Assembly: GCA_025358765.1 (NCBI GenBank)
Contig: JANYIG010000196.1
Coordinates: forward strand, 1,734-65,733
DNA: 64,000 nucleotides
Direction: 5' to 3'
Source: Candidatus Kapaibacterium sp.
GTDB taxonomy: Bacteria > Bacteroidota > Ignavibacteria > Kapaibacteriales > UBA4661
Part shown: positions 30,314 through 39,298 of the stretch, one piece after another
Layout of the letters: each line of letters starts with the position of its first letter
How positions within the stretch are numbered: the stretch's first letter is position 1
Notes under the pieces: model-generated
The model's database searches: none
The model's input: only the letters and a program-made list of their open reading frames with translations
Told to the model about the DNA's origin: nothing
Made by a program: the position numbers and the translations under genes

Positions 30314-32578
30314 ATGAGGCATCCCATACTTTTGCTTGCGTTTTTGAGCGCAATGCTATTGTTCGGCGCGTGTTCGTCGCCGGAAAAGCGCTCTACTACT
30401 GGTACGAACGACGCTATCGAACAGCGCGTGGATTCTCTGTTGGCATTGATGACGTTAGAGGAAAAAATTGGTCAACTCACGTTGTACTCAAGCGATTTTG
30501 ATGTGACGGGTCCGACAATGCGTTCAGGCTATTTGGACGACGTGAAAAGCGGCAAAGTTGGCGCAATTTTTAATGCGTTCACAGCGGCGTTCACGACCAA
30601 AATTCAAAAATTAGCGATAGAGAATACGCGCCTAAAAATCCCGTTACTTTTTGGTTATGACGTTATTCACGGCTTCAAAACCGCGTTTCCTGTACCGCTT
30701 GGCGAGGCGGCGAGCTGGGATACGGCTCTTTGCGCTCGTTCGGCGCGTGTGGCGGCAGTAGAAGCAGCGGCGGCGGGCTTGCACTGGACGTTTGCGCCGA
30801 TGGTGGATATTGCCCGCGACCCACGCTGGGGGCGCATTACCGAAGGTGCTGGCGAAGACCCACATCTCGGCTCGGCGATTGCAGCAGCCAGAGTACGCGG
30901 TTTTCAGGGCATCAACGAAGGCAAAACACTTGCTGCGAACGATGTGGTGCTTGCCTGCGTGAAGCATTTTGCCGCCTACGGCGCTGCCGAAGCCGGACGC
31001 GACTATAACACGACGGATATGTCCGACCGTGTGCTGCGGGAAATCTACCTTCCGCCTTACAAAGCCGCTATTGACGCGGGTGCGCTGTCCGTCATGAGCG
31101 CCTTCAACGAACTTAACGGCGTACCTGCCACGGGCAACCAATACCTGCTCACCGACATCCTCCGTAACGAGTGGAAATTTAAGGGCTTTGTTGTTACTGA
31201 TTATACTTCAATCAACGAAATGATTCCGCATAATGTCGTTGCAGACTCGGCTGAGGCGGGCGAACTCGCTATCAACGCTGGTGTGGATATGGATATGCAA
31301 GGTGGTATCTTTCAGTTCCAGTTGGCGAAACTTGTCAAGCAAGGTAGAGTCTCAGAGTCAACCATCAACGAGGCAGTGCGGCGTGTGTTGCGATTGAAAT
31401 TTATGCTGGGTTTGTTTGAAGCGCCTTACGGACGTTCCGACACCACCCGCGAACGCGAGCGCACAATGACACCAGAGCATCTGGAAGTCTCGCTCGATGC
31501 GGCTCGGAAGTCTATTGTTCTCCTTAAAAATGACTCATTGAAGGGTAACGCCATTTTGCCGCTTGCTTCCACCATAAAAACGATAGCAATCGTGGGACCA
31601 CTTGCTGACAGCAAACGTGATATGCTGGGCGCATGGGCGGGCGCGTGTGACGGAAACAAGTGTATTAGCCTGCTCGAAGGCATGAAAAAACGGTTTCCGC
31701 AAGCGAATATCCTCTATGCAAAAGGCTGCAACATCAATGATGATTCCACGAACGCCTTCAATGCCGCACTACAAGCCGCAAGCAAAGCAGATGTTGTTAT
31801 TGCAGCATTAGGCGAGACATCCGAAATGAGCGGTGAGGCTGCAAGTCGCTCAAATATTGGTATTCCGGGCGTTCAAGAAGACCTTCTGAAAAAACTTGCC
31901 ACTACTGGCAAACCCGTCGTGCTTGTGCTGATGAACGGTCGTCCGCTTGCGATTCCGTGGGCGGCGCAAAATATTCCTGCCATCGTCGAAGCATGGTTTT
32001 TAGGAACGCGGGCGGGCGATGCTATTGCGGAGGTACTTGCGGGCGACTACAACCCGTCCGGCAAGCTGCCCGTGACGTTTCCGCGTTCGGTTGGGCAGAT
32101 TCCATTGTACTACAATCACAAAAACACTGGACGACCGATCAACCCTAAAGACAAATATACATCGAAGTATCTCGACATTCAGAATACGCCGCAGTTCGCT
32201 TTTGGTCACGGGTTGAGTTATACAACATTTGCGTACAGCGCTTTGCGCTTGGAGAAGTCGTCTATCAAGACCTCCGAGCAAGTGCGAGTAAGTATTGATG
32301 TGCAGAATACAGGCACACGTGAGGGCGTGGAAACAGCGCAATTTTACATCCGCGACCTTGTCGCAAGTGTTCCACGCCCCGTGCAGGAATTACGCGGCTT
32401 CCAAAAGGTGGTACTGAAAGCAGGCGAAACAAAAACGCTTACGTTCACGCTCACGCCGGAGGATTTGATGTTCTATAACCGTCAGATGAAGCGCGTTGTA
32501 GAGCCGGGCGACATTAAAATTATGGTCGGTGGAAGCTCCGACAATACGCTCACAACAACACTAAAGGTGACACAATGA
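30314..32578 (+). CDS. bglX: Glycoside hydrolase family 3 beta-glucosidase (BglX-like), lipoprotein
   Basis: GH3 motifs are present: IGQLTL, DVIHG, GLHWTFAPMVDIARDPRWGRITEGAGEDP, KHFAAYG, and the nucleophile region GFVVTDY. A C-terminal Fn3-like domain is present. The signal is LLFGACSS. Confidence 0.9.
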   Translation: MRHPILLLAFLSAMLLFGACSSPEKRSTTGTNDAIEQRVDSLLALMTLEEKIGQLTLYSSDFDVTGPTMRSGYLDDVKSGKVGAIFNAFTAAFTTKIQKLAIENTRLKIPLLFGYDVIHGFKTAFPVPLGEAASWDTALCARSARVAAVEAAAAGLHWTFAPMVDIARDPRWGRITEGAGEDPHLGSAIAAARVRGFQGINEGKTLAANDVVLACVKHFAAYGAAEAGRDYNTTDMSDRVLREIYLPPYKAAIDAGALSVMSAFNELNGVPATGNQYLLTDILRNEWKFKGFVVTDYTSINEMIPHNVVADSAEAGELAINAGVDMDMQGGIFQFQLAKLVKQGRVSESTINEAVRRVLRLKFMLGLFEAPYGRSDTTRERERTMTPEHLEVSLDAARKSIVLLKNDSLKGNAILPLASTIKTIAIVGPLADSKRDMLGAWAGACDGNKCISLLEGMKKRFPQANILYAKGCNINDDSTNAFNAALQAASKADVVIAALGETSEMSGEAASRSNIGIPGVQEDLLKKLATTGKPVVLVLMNGRPLAIPWAAQNIPAIVEAWFLGTRAGDAIAEVLAGDYNPSGKLPVTFPRSVGQIPLYYNHKNTGRPINPKDKYTSKYLDIQNTPQFAFGHGLSYTTFAYSALRLEKSSIKTSEQVRVSIDVQNTGTREGVETAQFYIRDLVASVPRPVQELRGFQKVVLKAGETKTLTFTLTPEDLMFYNRQMKRVVEPGDIKIMVGGSSDNTLTTTLKVTQ

Positions 32579-33987
32579 TACAAAGCTGTATGAAATATAG
32601 GAAACAAAGCAGCGTTTTTTTGCTTCTCATAATGTTGATGCTCGCAAGCTGTTCCAAAGCGCCTGACCAAGCACAAGTGAAGCCCTATTCGTTTACGTTC
32701 GATCCGTTTTTAGATACCTTGCAACAGCGTTCATTTTTGTATTTCTGGGAAGCGACAAATCCCAGAAATGGTCTTACAAACGATAGAACACCTACGAAAG
32801 CGTTTGCCAGCATTGCCGCCAACGGCTTTGGCATGACGTGTTACCTTGTGGGTGCGGAGCGGGGCTGGATTAGCCGCCAGCAAGCGGCAGAGCGGACGTT
32901 GACGACATTGGAGTTTTTCTGGAACGCTCCGCAAAACGGCAACTCTACTGGCGTGACGGGCTACAAAGGTTTTTTCTATCATTTCCTCGACATGGACACA
33001 GGTGAACGCTTCAAGAACATTGAGCTTTCGACGATTGATACCGGGCTATTGTTGATGGGCATGTTGTCGGCACAAACGTATTTTGACGGGAACACATCGC
33101 AGGAAACGCGCATTCGTGCGTTGGTGGACTCCATTTACCGCCGCGTGGATTGGCAGTGGTTTGCGCCGCGCCCGCCCGTTTTGAGCATGGGATGGCATCC
33201 AGAACAAGGCTTTAACAGTGGCGATTGGCGTGGCTACAACGAGGCAATGCTTTTGTATGTTCTTGCATTCGCTTCGCCGACGCATCCTATCTCGCCCGAA
33301 GCATGGAAACTTTGGACGAAGGAGTATCTTTGGACGACGTACCGCAATCAAGAACACGTCAACTTTGGTCCGCTTTTCGGGCATCAATACTCGCACGTCT
33401 GGATTGATTTTCGCGGCATCAAAGACGAGTATATGCAAGCAAAGGGCATTGATTATTTTGAAAATTCCCGCCGTGCAACCTATGCAAACTGGGAATATTG
33501 CAAAGCAAACCCGGGCAAGTGGAAGGATTACGGCGCGGAAATTTGGGGTTTAACAGCCTGCGACGGACCCAAAGACACTATTGCTATTTACAGTGGAACA
33601 CCCACAAAATTTACTTCCTATAACGCTCGTGGTGCTGCTCAGGGCTATATTGTGGACGACGGGACTATTGCACCAACGTCTGCGGGCGGCTCTATAGCGT
33701 TCGCGCCGGATATTTGTATCCCGGCACTCAAGGCAATGCGAGCAAAGTATGGCGATAAACTGTTCTCGCGCTATGGTTTTGTGGATGCGTTCAATCCATC
33801 CTATACCTTCGGTGCGGGCAACGAGCAAGGCTGGTTCGATGTAGATTACCTCGGCATAGATCAAGGACCAATCGTGTTGATGATTGAAAACTATCGGAAT
33901 GATTTTGTGTGGAATCTGATGAAGAAAAACCCGTACGTCGTGGATGGCTTAAAGAAAGCGGGGTTCGTGGGTGGATGGTTGAAGTAA
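32575..33987 (+). CDS. Glucoamylase-family / DUF3131 (GH144-like, putative endo-beta-1,2-glucanase) lipoprotein
   Basis: Motifs FLYFWEATNPRNGLTNDR, SIAANGFGM, GFFYHFLDMDTGERF and ELSTIDTGLLLMG match my recollection of the GH144/DUF3131 family. A lipoprotein signal is present (LMLASCS). Its ATG overlaps the GH3 stop (ATGA at 32575-32578); an alternative start is at 32590. Confidence 0.65.
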   Translation: MIQSCMKYRKQSSVFLLLIMLMLASCSKAPDQAQVKPYSFTFDPFLDTLQQRSFLYFWEATNPRNGLTNDRTPTKAFASIAANGFGMTCYLVGAERGWISRQQAAERTLTTLEFFWNAPQNGNSTGVTGYKGFFYHFLDMDTGERFKNIELSTIDTGLLLMGMLSAQTYFDGNTSQETRIRALVDSIYRRVDWQWFAPRPPVLSMGWHPEQGFNSGDWRGYNEAMLLYVLAFASPTHPISPEAWKLWTKEYLWTTYRNQEHVNFGPLFGHQYSHVWIDFRGIKDEYMQAKGIDYFENSRRATYANWEYCKANPGKWKDYGAEIWGLTACDGPKDTIAIYSGTPTKFTSYNARGAAQGYIVDDGTIAPTSAGGSIAFAPDICIPALKAMRAKYGDKLFSRYGFVDAFNPSYTFGAGNEQGWFDVDYLGIDQGPIVLMIENYRNDFVWNLMKKNPYVVDGLKKAGFVGGWLK

Positions 33988-34012
33988 TAAATGGTCGTAA
34001 CCACAGAATATC

Positions 34013-34846
34013 TTATCCGCCGCGACGAAAAAAGATGTCATAGACGCTCAACAAGATTTCACCGGCAATCAGGATGACCACGTACCACTCCATCCGAAGT
34101 GTTCGTTCGTTTTGCAGGATGTCAAGTTCCGTCTCGACTGTGCGAGCTATCAAAAGTAACTTGCGTTCGATACCGTTGTGGCGTTCCACAAGCTCGTACT
34201 CATCCTCCAAACGTGCATAGAGGCGGTTCAATTCCGGTCTGTCCCATAACAATTCTGGTTTTTCGGTAACTTCCACACGCCCGACCATTTTGTGCTGAAT
34301 CAGCAGCGTGTCACCAACATACTGGGTTAGCGTTTTTGATTTGTCGCGCACAAATACTCGTTGTTTTAAGCCAATGGCAAAAGGTTCGATGGCATCGAAC
34401 GCACTGGCAATGCTGACTTCATAATGCGCCAGTACAACGCTTTTTGCCAGAATATCCGCCACCACCTGCAAACGTTCCACAGAAATCTCGCGCACGAACA
34501 CGATGCCGTTCGTTGCGCCCTCGTCGCCCTTCGCGCTCACCTGACTCACTTGAATATCTGCTGTTTCCGTTTCGTGCCGATCGAATGGCTGCGAAACAAG
34601 CGGCTCAAGCTGTTTGAGGAACGAAACTTCTTCGAGCGGTTGTACATGAAACAGCACCACTACGCCGTAGCGAAACAGTACCACATAACCATCTTCACCC
34701 GTCGGGATAAAGAGCGGAAACGTCGCCAAACGGTTTGTCTGTTCTAAACTGCGTAAGTCCAAGCGCTCACCGATGTACAACGCTCGCGCTTGGATGCGAG
34801 ATTTGTCGGTAAAAAGCGCTGTTGTGTCGTGTGTCGTTTCGTTCAT
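34013..34846 (-). CDS. RMD1/DUF155-family protein with C-terminal TM helix
   Basis: The layout matches DUF155: ALYIGERLDLRSLE..., RYGVVVLFHV, the LEDEYEL region and a terminal hydrophobic helix (WYVVILIAGEILLSVYDIFF). Confidence 0.55.
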   Translation of the reverse strand: MNETTHDTTALFTDKSRIQARALYIGERLDLRSLEQTNRLATFPLFIPTGEDGYVVLFRYGVVVLFHVQPLEEVSFLKQLEPLVSQPFDRHETETADIQVSQVSAKGDEGATNGIVFVREISVERLQVVADILAKSVVLAHYEVSIASAFDAIEPFAIGLKQRVFVRDKSKTLTQYVGDTLLIQHKMVGRVEVTEKPELLWDRPELNRLYARLEDEYELVERHNGIERKLLLIARTVETELDILQNERTLRMEWYVVILIAGEILLSVYDIFFRRGG

Positions 34847-34946
34847 AGTTCACTTACGTGTTGATATACACTTGATTCATGTATCAAGCACAAAGGTACA
34901 TAAAAATCCGCAAATGACAGACGCGGTTGATAGCAATTACCTATTG

Positions 34947-35017
34947 TTTCTATTTCATAGAACAAAATTCTTGCCTTGAATTAACAGGCGATGTATATTT
35001 GTTCTATTCCATAGAAC
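34947..35017. promoter_or_regulatory. Two copies of the palindrome (G/T)TTCTAT-N3-ATAGAAC overlapping a TAnnTTTG promoter box; putative PadR operator pair
   Basis: Site 1 is tTTCTATttcATAGAAc (34947-34963). Site 2 is GTTCTATtccATAGAAC (35001-35017) with perfect 7-bp arms. Their centres are 54 bp apart. TATATTTG (34994-35001) matches the Bacteroidota -7 consensus and abuts site 2, and the padR ATG is at 35033. Confidence 0.5.
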
Positions 35018-35032
35018 TAATTCAAAAAGTAT

Positions 35033-35368
35033 ATGTTACAATCGGAACTTCTCTCGCGGATTGAGGAAATTATCCTCATCGCCGTATTAGAATTAGGCGA
35101 TAATGCCTACGGTGTGACGATTCGTGCTTACGTCGAGGACGCACTCAAGCGCAAATGTTCTATCGGCGCAATCTACGTGCCGCTTGAACGCCTTGCGGAA
35201 CGTGGCTTCCTGAGTTACCGCGATGCCGAACCCACACAGGAACGAGGCGGGCGATCAAAACGGATGTACACCGTCACCGCAAAGGGCGTAACAGCGCTGC
35301 GCGAGGTGCAACGGTTGCACGAATCGCTTTGGTCGAACATTGCCAACGTCATTCCTGCATTCAACTAA
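35033..35368 (+). CDS. PadR-family transcriptional regulator
   Basis: The protein is 111 aa with a winged HTH (ILIAVLELGDNAYGVTIRAYVED....SIGAIYVPLERLAERGFLS....RSKRMYTVTAKG). Confidence 0.85.
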   Translation: MLQSELLSRIEEIILIAVLELGDNAYGVTIRAYVEDALKRKCSIGAIYVPLERLAERGFLSYRDAEPTQERGGRSKRMYTVTAKGVTALREVQRLHESLWSNIANVIPAFN

Positions 35369-35407
35369 CTTTTTGGCAGCATTTGTTCTGGTTTTTACCT
35401 CACGACT

Positions 35408-36079
35408 ATGAAAATCTCAGCCTTACCTCTATTCGCGGAACGTGTACTCACGCTGCTTACAGCCGAGCATGACCGCGATGCTGTTTTGGGTGATATGGAA
35501 GAACTTTACGTCGAGTATTCTACTGTAAACGGCAGCACCAGCGCGAGATTCTGGCTTTGCGGCGAAATTCTACATTCCGCACCTACACTTGCATTTACAC
35601 GCGGCAAACATGTTGTAAAAATGTTGAAACAGCGTTCATTTCGCAATACTGTTGTACGTGCGCTAACACTGGCGAATGCCTTGCTTGACGCTTTTGCCGA
35701 TATTGCCATATCTCAGCTATCGCGTGTGCGGATGCCGATAGATTGGCTCATTGGTCTGAACCTTGGATTTCTAATCGTTTTTATTATCGCAGGTGATATA
35801 TTTACTTGGTGGGAACTGGTATTATTACTCGTTATCAGTCTTAGCATTTTTACTTTTGCTCTGAAAGCGAGGGTGAACCTGAGAGCGCTGTATATGGGTG
35901 CAGGTTGGCTGAATATCGGTATAATGACAGTGACAATTATGTGGAAATTTCTGCACTTACCACAGATTTTTCAACGCGATATTGTTTTTACCATTTCCGC
36001 ACTGCTGGCGGGTTGTACAGTTTTTTCTCATATTGGCGTTAAAACGCAGTACTTCAAGGCATTGCGCGAAGATGCCTAA
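35408..36079 (+). CDS. PadR-associated membrane protein (cytoplasmic 'permease-prefix'-like N-terminus + 4-5 TM helices)
   Basis: The N-terminal segment AERVLTLLTAEHDRDAVLGDMEELYVEY resembles the prefix domain commonly encoded after padR genes. The C-terminal half is hydrophobic. Confidence 0.5.
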   Translation: MKISALPLFAERVLTLLTAEHDRDAVLGDMEELYVEYSTVNGSTSARFWLCGEILHSAPTLAFTRGKHVVKMLKQRSFRNTVVRALTLANALLDAFADIAISQLSRVRMPIDWLIGLNLGFLIVFIIAGDIFTWWELVLLLVISLSIFTFALKARVNLRALYMGAGWLNIGIMTVTIMWKFLHLPQIFQRDIVFTISALLAGCTVFSHIGVKTQYFKALREDA

Positions 36080-36105
36080 AACGTATCACCTTTTTATCAA
36101 TCACA

Positions 36106-36861
36106 ATGAGCATCATCCTCAATCGTATCTCAAAACAGTTTGGCAACAACACCATTCTGAACGACATCAGCTTCACCATTGGGCTGGGGCAATGCTTCTG
36201 GCTCGTGGGGCGCAACGGCGCTGGCAAAAGCACGATGATTAATATTTTGTCGGATATGATTGCCCCAAGCGCAGGTGTAGTCACGATTGGCGGACTGAAT
36301 TACGGCGACCATGAACTTGCCATCAAGCGCAATTTGGGTGTTTTGCCGGACAAAAATCCTGCCATTCCGCATTTGACGGGTTATGAATATCTGCGATTTG
36401 TCGCACTGTTGCACGAAATCCCGCCAGACGAGACGAAACAACGCACAGAAAGCCTTTTGTCGTTTTTCTTTGAGAGCGAGGACGAGCCATACAAGCGCAT
36501 CAGCACGTATTCACACGGAATGCTCAAGAAAATAGCGCTTTGCGCGGCGCTCGTCCACCGCCCCCAATATTTGGTTCTCGACGAGCCGTTTGCAGGATTA
36601 GACCCCGTGTCGAACGCAAGGCTCGTACAGTTTTTGCAATCGTATTTGTCGCCAGATCGGGCAATATTCTTGTCGTCCCACGACCTTGGCTACGCACAAA
36701 AAGTCATCACGCATTTGGGCATTTTGGACGACGCGCGGTTGCATTTTGTCGGCTCGGTAGAAGAGTTTACCTCCGCATCGGAACAGATGGATGCGTCTAT
36801 CCTTGCTGTGTTGCGCCCGGCGGAAACGGATGTCCAACAATTAGATTGGCTCTTGCAATGA
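36106..36861 (+). CDS. ABC transporter ATP-binding protein
   Basis: It has Walker A GRNGAGKST, a degenerate signature YSHGMLKK, Walker B YLVLDEPFAGLD and an H-loop (FLSSHD). Confidence 0.9.
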   Translation: MSIILNRISKQFGNNTILNDISFTIGLGQCFWLVGRNGAGKSTMINILSDMIAPSAGVVTIGGLNYGDHELAIKRNLGVLPDKNPAIPHLTGYEYLRFVALLHEIPPDETKQRTESLLSFFFESEDEPYKRISTYSHGMLKKIALCAALVHRPQYLVLDEPFAGLDPVSNARLVQFLQSYLSPDRAIFLSSHDLGYAQKVITHLGILDDARLHFVGSVEEFTSASEQMDASILAVLRPAETDVQQLDWLLQ

Positions 36862-38297
36862 ACACCTCAAAGAACACCCCAAAAATCTTCTGGCTGCTCT
36901 GGTTTTTGCTGTTTGCACGGTTGCGTGAACTGTTCCAATGGCAATATACACTTGGCATCATCGGTCGTGGAGCATTTTTCATTGTGACAATGCTCTATGC
37001 AGTAGGCATAGCCTTTGCCCTGGACAATGCGGAATTTGCAGACAAGATTCAGCCCGACGTGTTTATTCGTTGGATGAATATTGCGATCGTGGCTTCAACG
37101 TTCCTCAAAAGCTACTACCCTACATTCCGACCTGTGAACGCAACCGTCGAGGCATTTCATCCGCTTCGTGCGGGAGAGCGAGCGTTCATCAGCGCGGTGC
37201 TCGACATCGCGTCGGCATATACAGCAACGATGACGGCATTTTACGGTGTAATTTTTGCGCTGTCGCACACGTTCGGAGCCGCATATTTTCTTGTGTCATT
37301 ACTGGCGCTGTGGTCTGCGGTGCTGCTTGACCGTTCGCTGCGGCTTGTGTTGACGTATAACGTTCCGAATCGGTCTGCTGTAATTGTGAGCATTGGCGTA
37401 ACTGCGGTTGCGCTTATGATATTTTTATTCCCCAAAAACATCTTCGGCATTGTGGTGGGAAGCGGGCATCCAGCATTGTGGCTGTGCCTGATGACAGCGG
37501 TATGTCTTGTGGCTGCGGAGGAACACTACCGCCTTGCTCGCATTGCTGCGCTGCCCACGACTGATTATGTGGCAAATTCTTCCAGTACAAGTACCAATGC
37601 AGCTTCCAGCGCAACGCCTTTTACGCTGAATGGCTTGCTATGGCGGGCATTCCTCCGCGCAAAGCACGTGCGGTTGATGCTTGGCATGGCGTTCGGTTTA
37701 AAGGTAATTATTGTAGGGATTTTGCTATACAAAGGACGCGTAGATGTTTTCACAAGACCGCACTCATTCATGTTGTTCCTTTTGCCGGTGATGCTGTTTA
37801 CCTACATTTTGAACAACTTGTGGGGCACGAACTGGCAACTCTGGCAAACGTATCACGCATCGCGTGGCGACAGGCGTTCAGCGTTTTTGCTGTATATGCA
37901 ACTTGCCATGCCACTGCTGGCGTTAGACGCGCTTGTGTTTGGCGTAGCAATCTGGTATGGCGGCTTTGCAAACGCAAATATGGTTTTGTTGTACGTTTGC
38001 ACAACGGCGGTGCTGGTAGCAATCGGCTTTGCAACCTCTACGTTACGACCACTCAAACGTGAGCAAGTGCCGAGTTTTGGGAGTTTTCAGCAGTATTCGT
38101 CAGCAGTTGGAGTCATTGTAGCGATGGCTGCCATCTGCATTGTTTATGTCGGCATCGTCGTTGGCTTTGGAGCAGGTTTTACATGGGCGCTGTGGTTGAC
38201 GTTCCTGTTTGTGATACTGATTTGGGTGGCAGCTGTGGGCATCACGGCGGATTATCACATCCATAAACACGAGGCGTATTCGGCGATTCACGGTTGA
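36858..38297 (+). CDS. Polytopic membrane protein, putative permease partner of the preceding ABC ATPase
   Basis: Its ATG overlaps the ATPase stop (ATGA at 36858-36861). The protein is about 479 aa with at least 10 hydrophobic segments. The 106-codon Arg/Pro-rich upstream extension in the track ORF lies out of frame inside the ATPase gene, so I discarded it. Confidence 0.6.
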   Translation: MNTSKNTPKIFWLLWFLLFARLRELFQWQYTLGIIGRGAFFIVTMLYAVGIAFALDNAEFADKIQPDVFIRWMNIAIVASTFLKSYYPTFRPVNATVEAFHPLRAGERAFISAVLDIASAYTATMTAFYGVIFALSHTFGAAYFLVSLLALWSAVLLDRSLRLVLTYNVPNRSAVIVSIGVTAVALMIFLFPKNIFGIVVGSGHPALWLCLMTAVCLVAAEEHYRLARIAALPTTDYVANSSSTSTNAASSATPFTLNGLLWRAFLRAKHVRLMLGMAFGLKVIIVGILLYKGRVDVFTRPHSFMLFLLPVMLFTYILNNLWGTNWQLWQTYHASRGDRRSAFLLYMQLAMPLLALDALVFGVAIWYGGFANANMVLLYVCTTAVLVAIGFATSTLRPLKREQVPSFGSFQQYSSAVGVIVAMAAICIVYVGIVVGFGAGFTWALWLTFLFVILIWVAAVGITADYHIHKHEAYSAIHG

Positions 38298-38323
38298 AAG
38301 GTAACAACAGTATTCCAAATATT

Positions 38324-39109
38324 TTACACGGGCTTTGATTCGTAGCGATCTATAAATTCTCGCACAACGGCATCGGTGCTAGCGCGGAGTTCGTCGGGTG
38401 TCCCATAAAAATGGACGCGCCCGTTTTCGAGCATCGCAACATTTTTAGCGATATTGTACACCGAAAACATGTCGTGTGTGATGACGATGGAGGTAACGGC
38501 AATCTTCTTCGTAAGGGCAATGATAAGTTGGTCTATCTGCTCGGAGGTTACGGGGTCGAGTCCCGTTGTTGGTTCGTCATACATAATATATTTGGGGCTG
38601 CCCACGAGTGCCCGCGCCACGCCCACCCGTTTCCGCATCCCACCCGAAAGATCGGACGGCTTTTTATCCCGCAAAATCGCATATTCCTTCTCGAACGCTG
38701 CGCTGCCTGATTGCTGCTCGTCCGGCAACAAGCCCACTGCCGCTAATACGCGCCGAGCCTCGCCGTCCATCACGGTATTATCACGTTCGCCATGTTCATA
38801 CAAGCCTAACACCACATTTTCCCAGACTGTCATGGAATCAAACAGTGCTGCGCCTTGAAACACATAGCCGATTTTTTGCCGCATGGCAAACAACTCTTTT
38901 GTAGATAGTGTGCTTACGTCACGTCCATCCACTATCACCGAGCCTTTATCCGCCGCGAGCAAACCCACGATATGTTTCAGCATCACGCTTTTTCCGCAAC
39001 CAGATTTGCCGATGATACACATCGTTTCTCCGTCTTGAATAGTCAGGTCAACGCCGTTCAGGACGTGCTTTGCGCCAAATGATTTGTGTAAACCTCGAAT
39101 CTCAATCAT
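38324..39109 (-). CDS. mlaF: MlaF-like ABC transporter ATP-binding protein
   Basis: The start was moved to MIEIRGLHKSFG. Motifs include Walker A GKSGCGKS, FQGAALFDSMTVWENV, the signature LSGGMRKRVGVARAL and Walker B IMYDEPTTGLD. The track ORF extends to 39241. Confidence 0.8.
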   Translation of the reverse strand: MIEIRGLHKSFGAKHVLNGVDLTIQDGETMCIIGKSGCGKSVMLKHIVGLLAADKGSVIVDGRDVSTLSTKELFAMRQKIGYVFQGAALFDSMTVWENVVLGLYEHGERDNTVMDGEARRVLAAVGLLPDEQQSGSAAFEKEYAILRDKKPSDLSGGMRKRVGVARALVGSPKYIMYDEPTTGLDPVTSEQIDQLIIALTKKIAVTSIVITHDMFSVYNIAKNVAMLENGRVHFYGTPDELRASTDAVVREFIDRYESKPV

Positions 39110-39298
39110 GCTTCTAAAAAGGTACGTTCGAAGAGAAATCCATTTCCGTGTTTGGATATGAGGCGTAAGTTCACGAATTTTGTGATTTTGTACAATACTT
39201 TGTACGCATATTTTTACCAAATAATGTATCGGCTTCCTCAACGAATACGATTCACTGTGTCATTCAACAACAAAAACACAAACAAACAGAACCGATTT

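Noticed and set aside
36540-36857. 106-codon N-terminal extension of the permease ORF (Arg/Pro/Gly-rich)
   Set aside because: It lies out of frame entirely within the ABC ATPase gene. The ATG at 36858 gives an ATGA-coupled start and a hydrophobic N-terminus.
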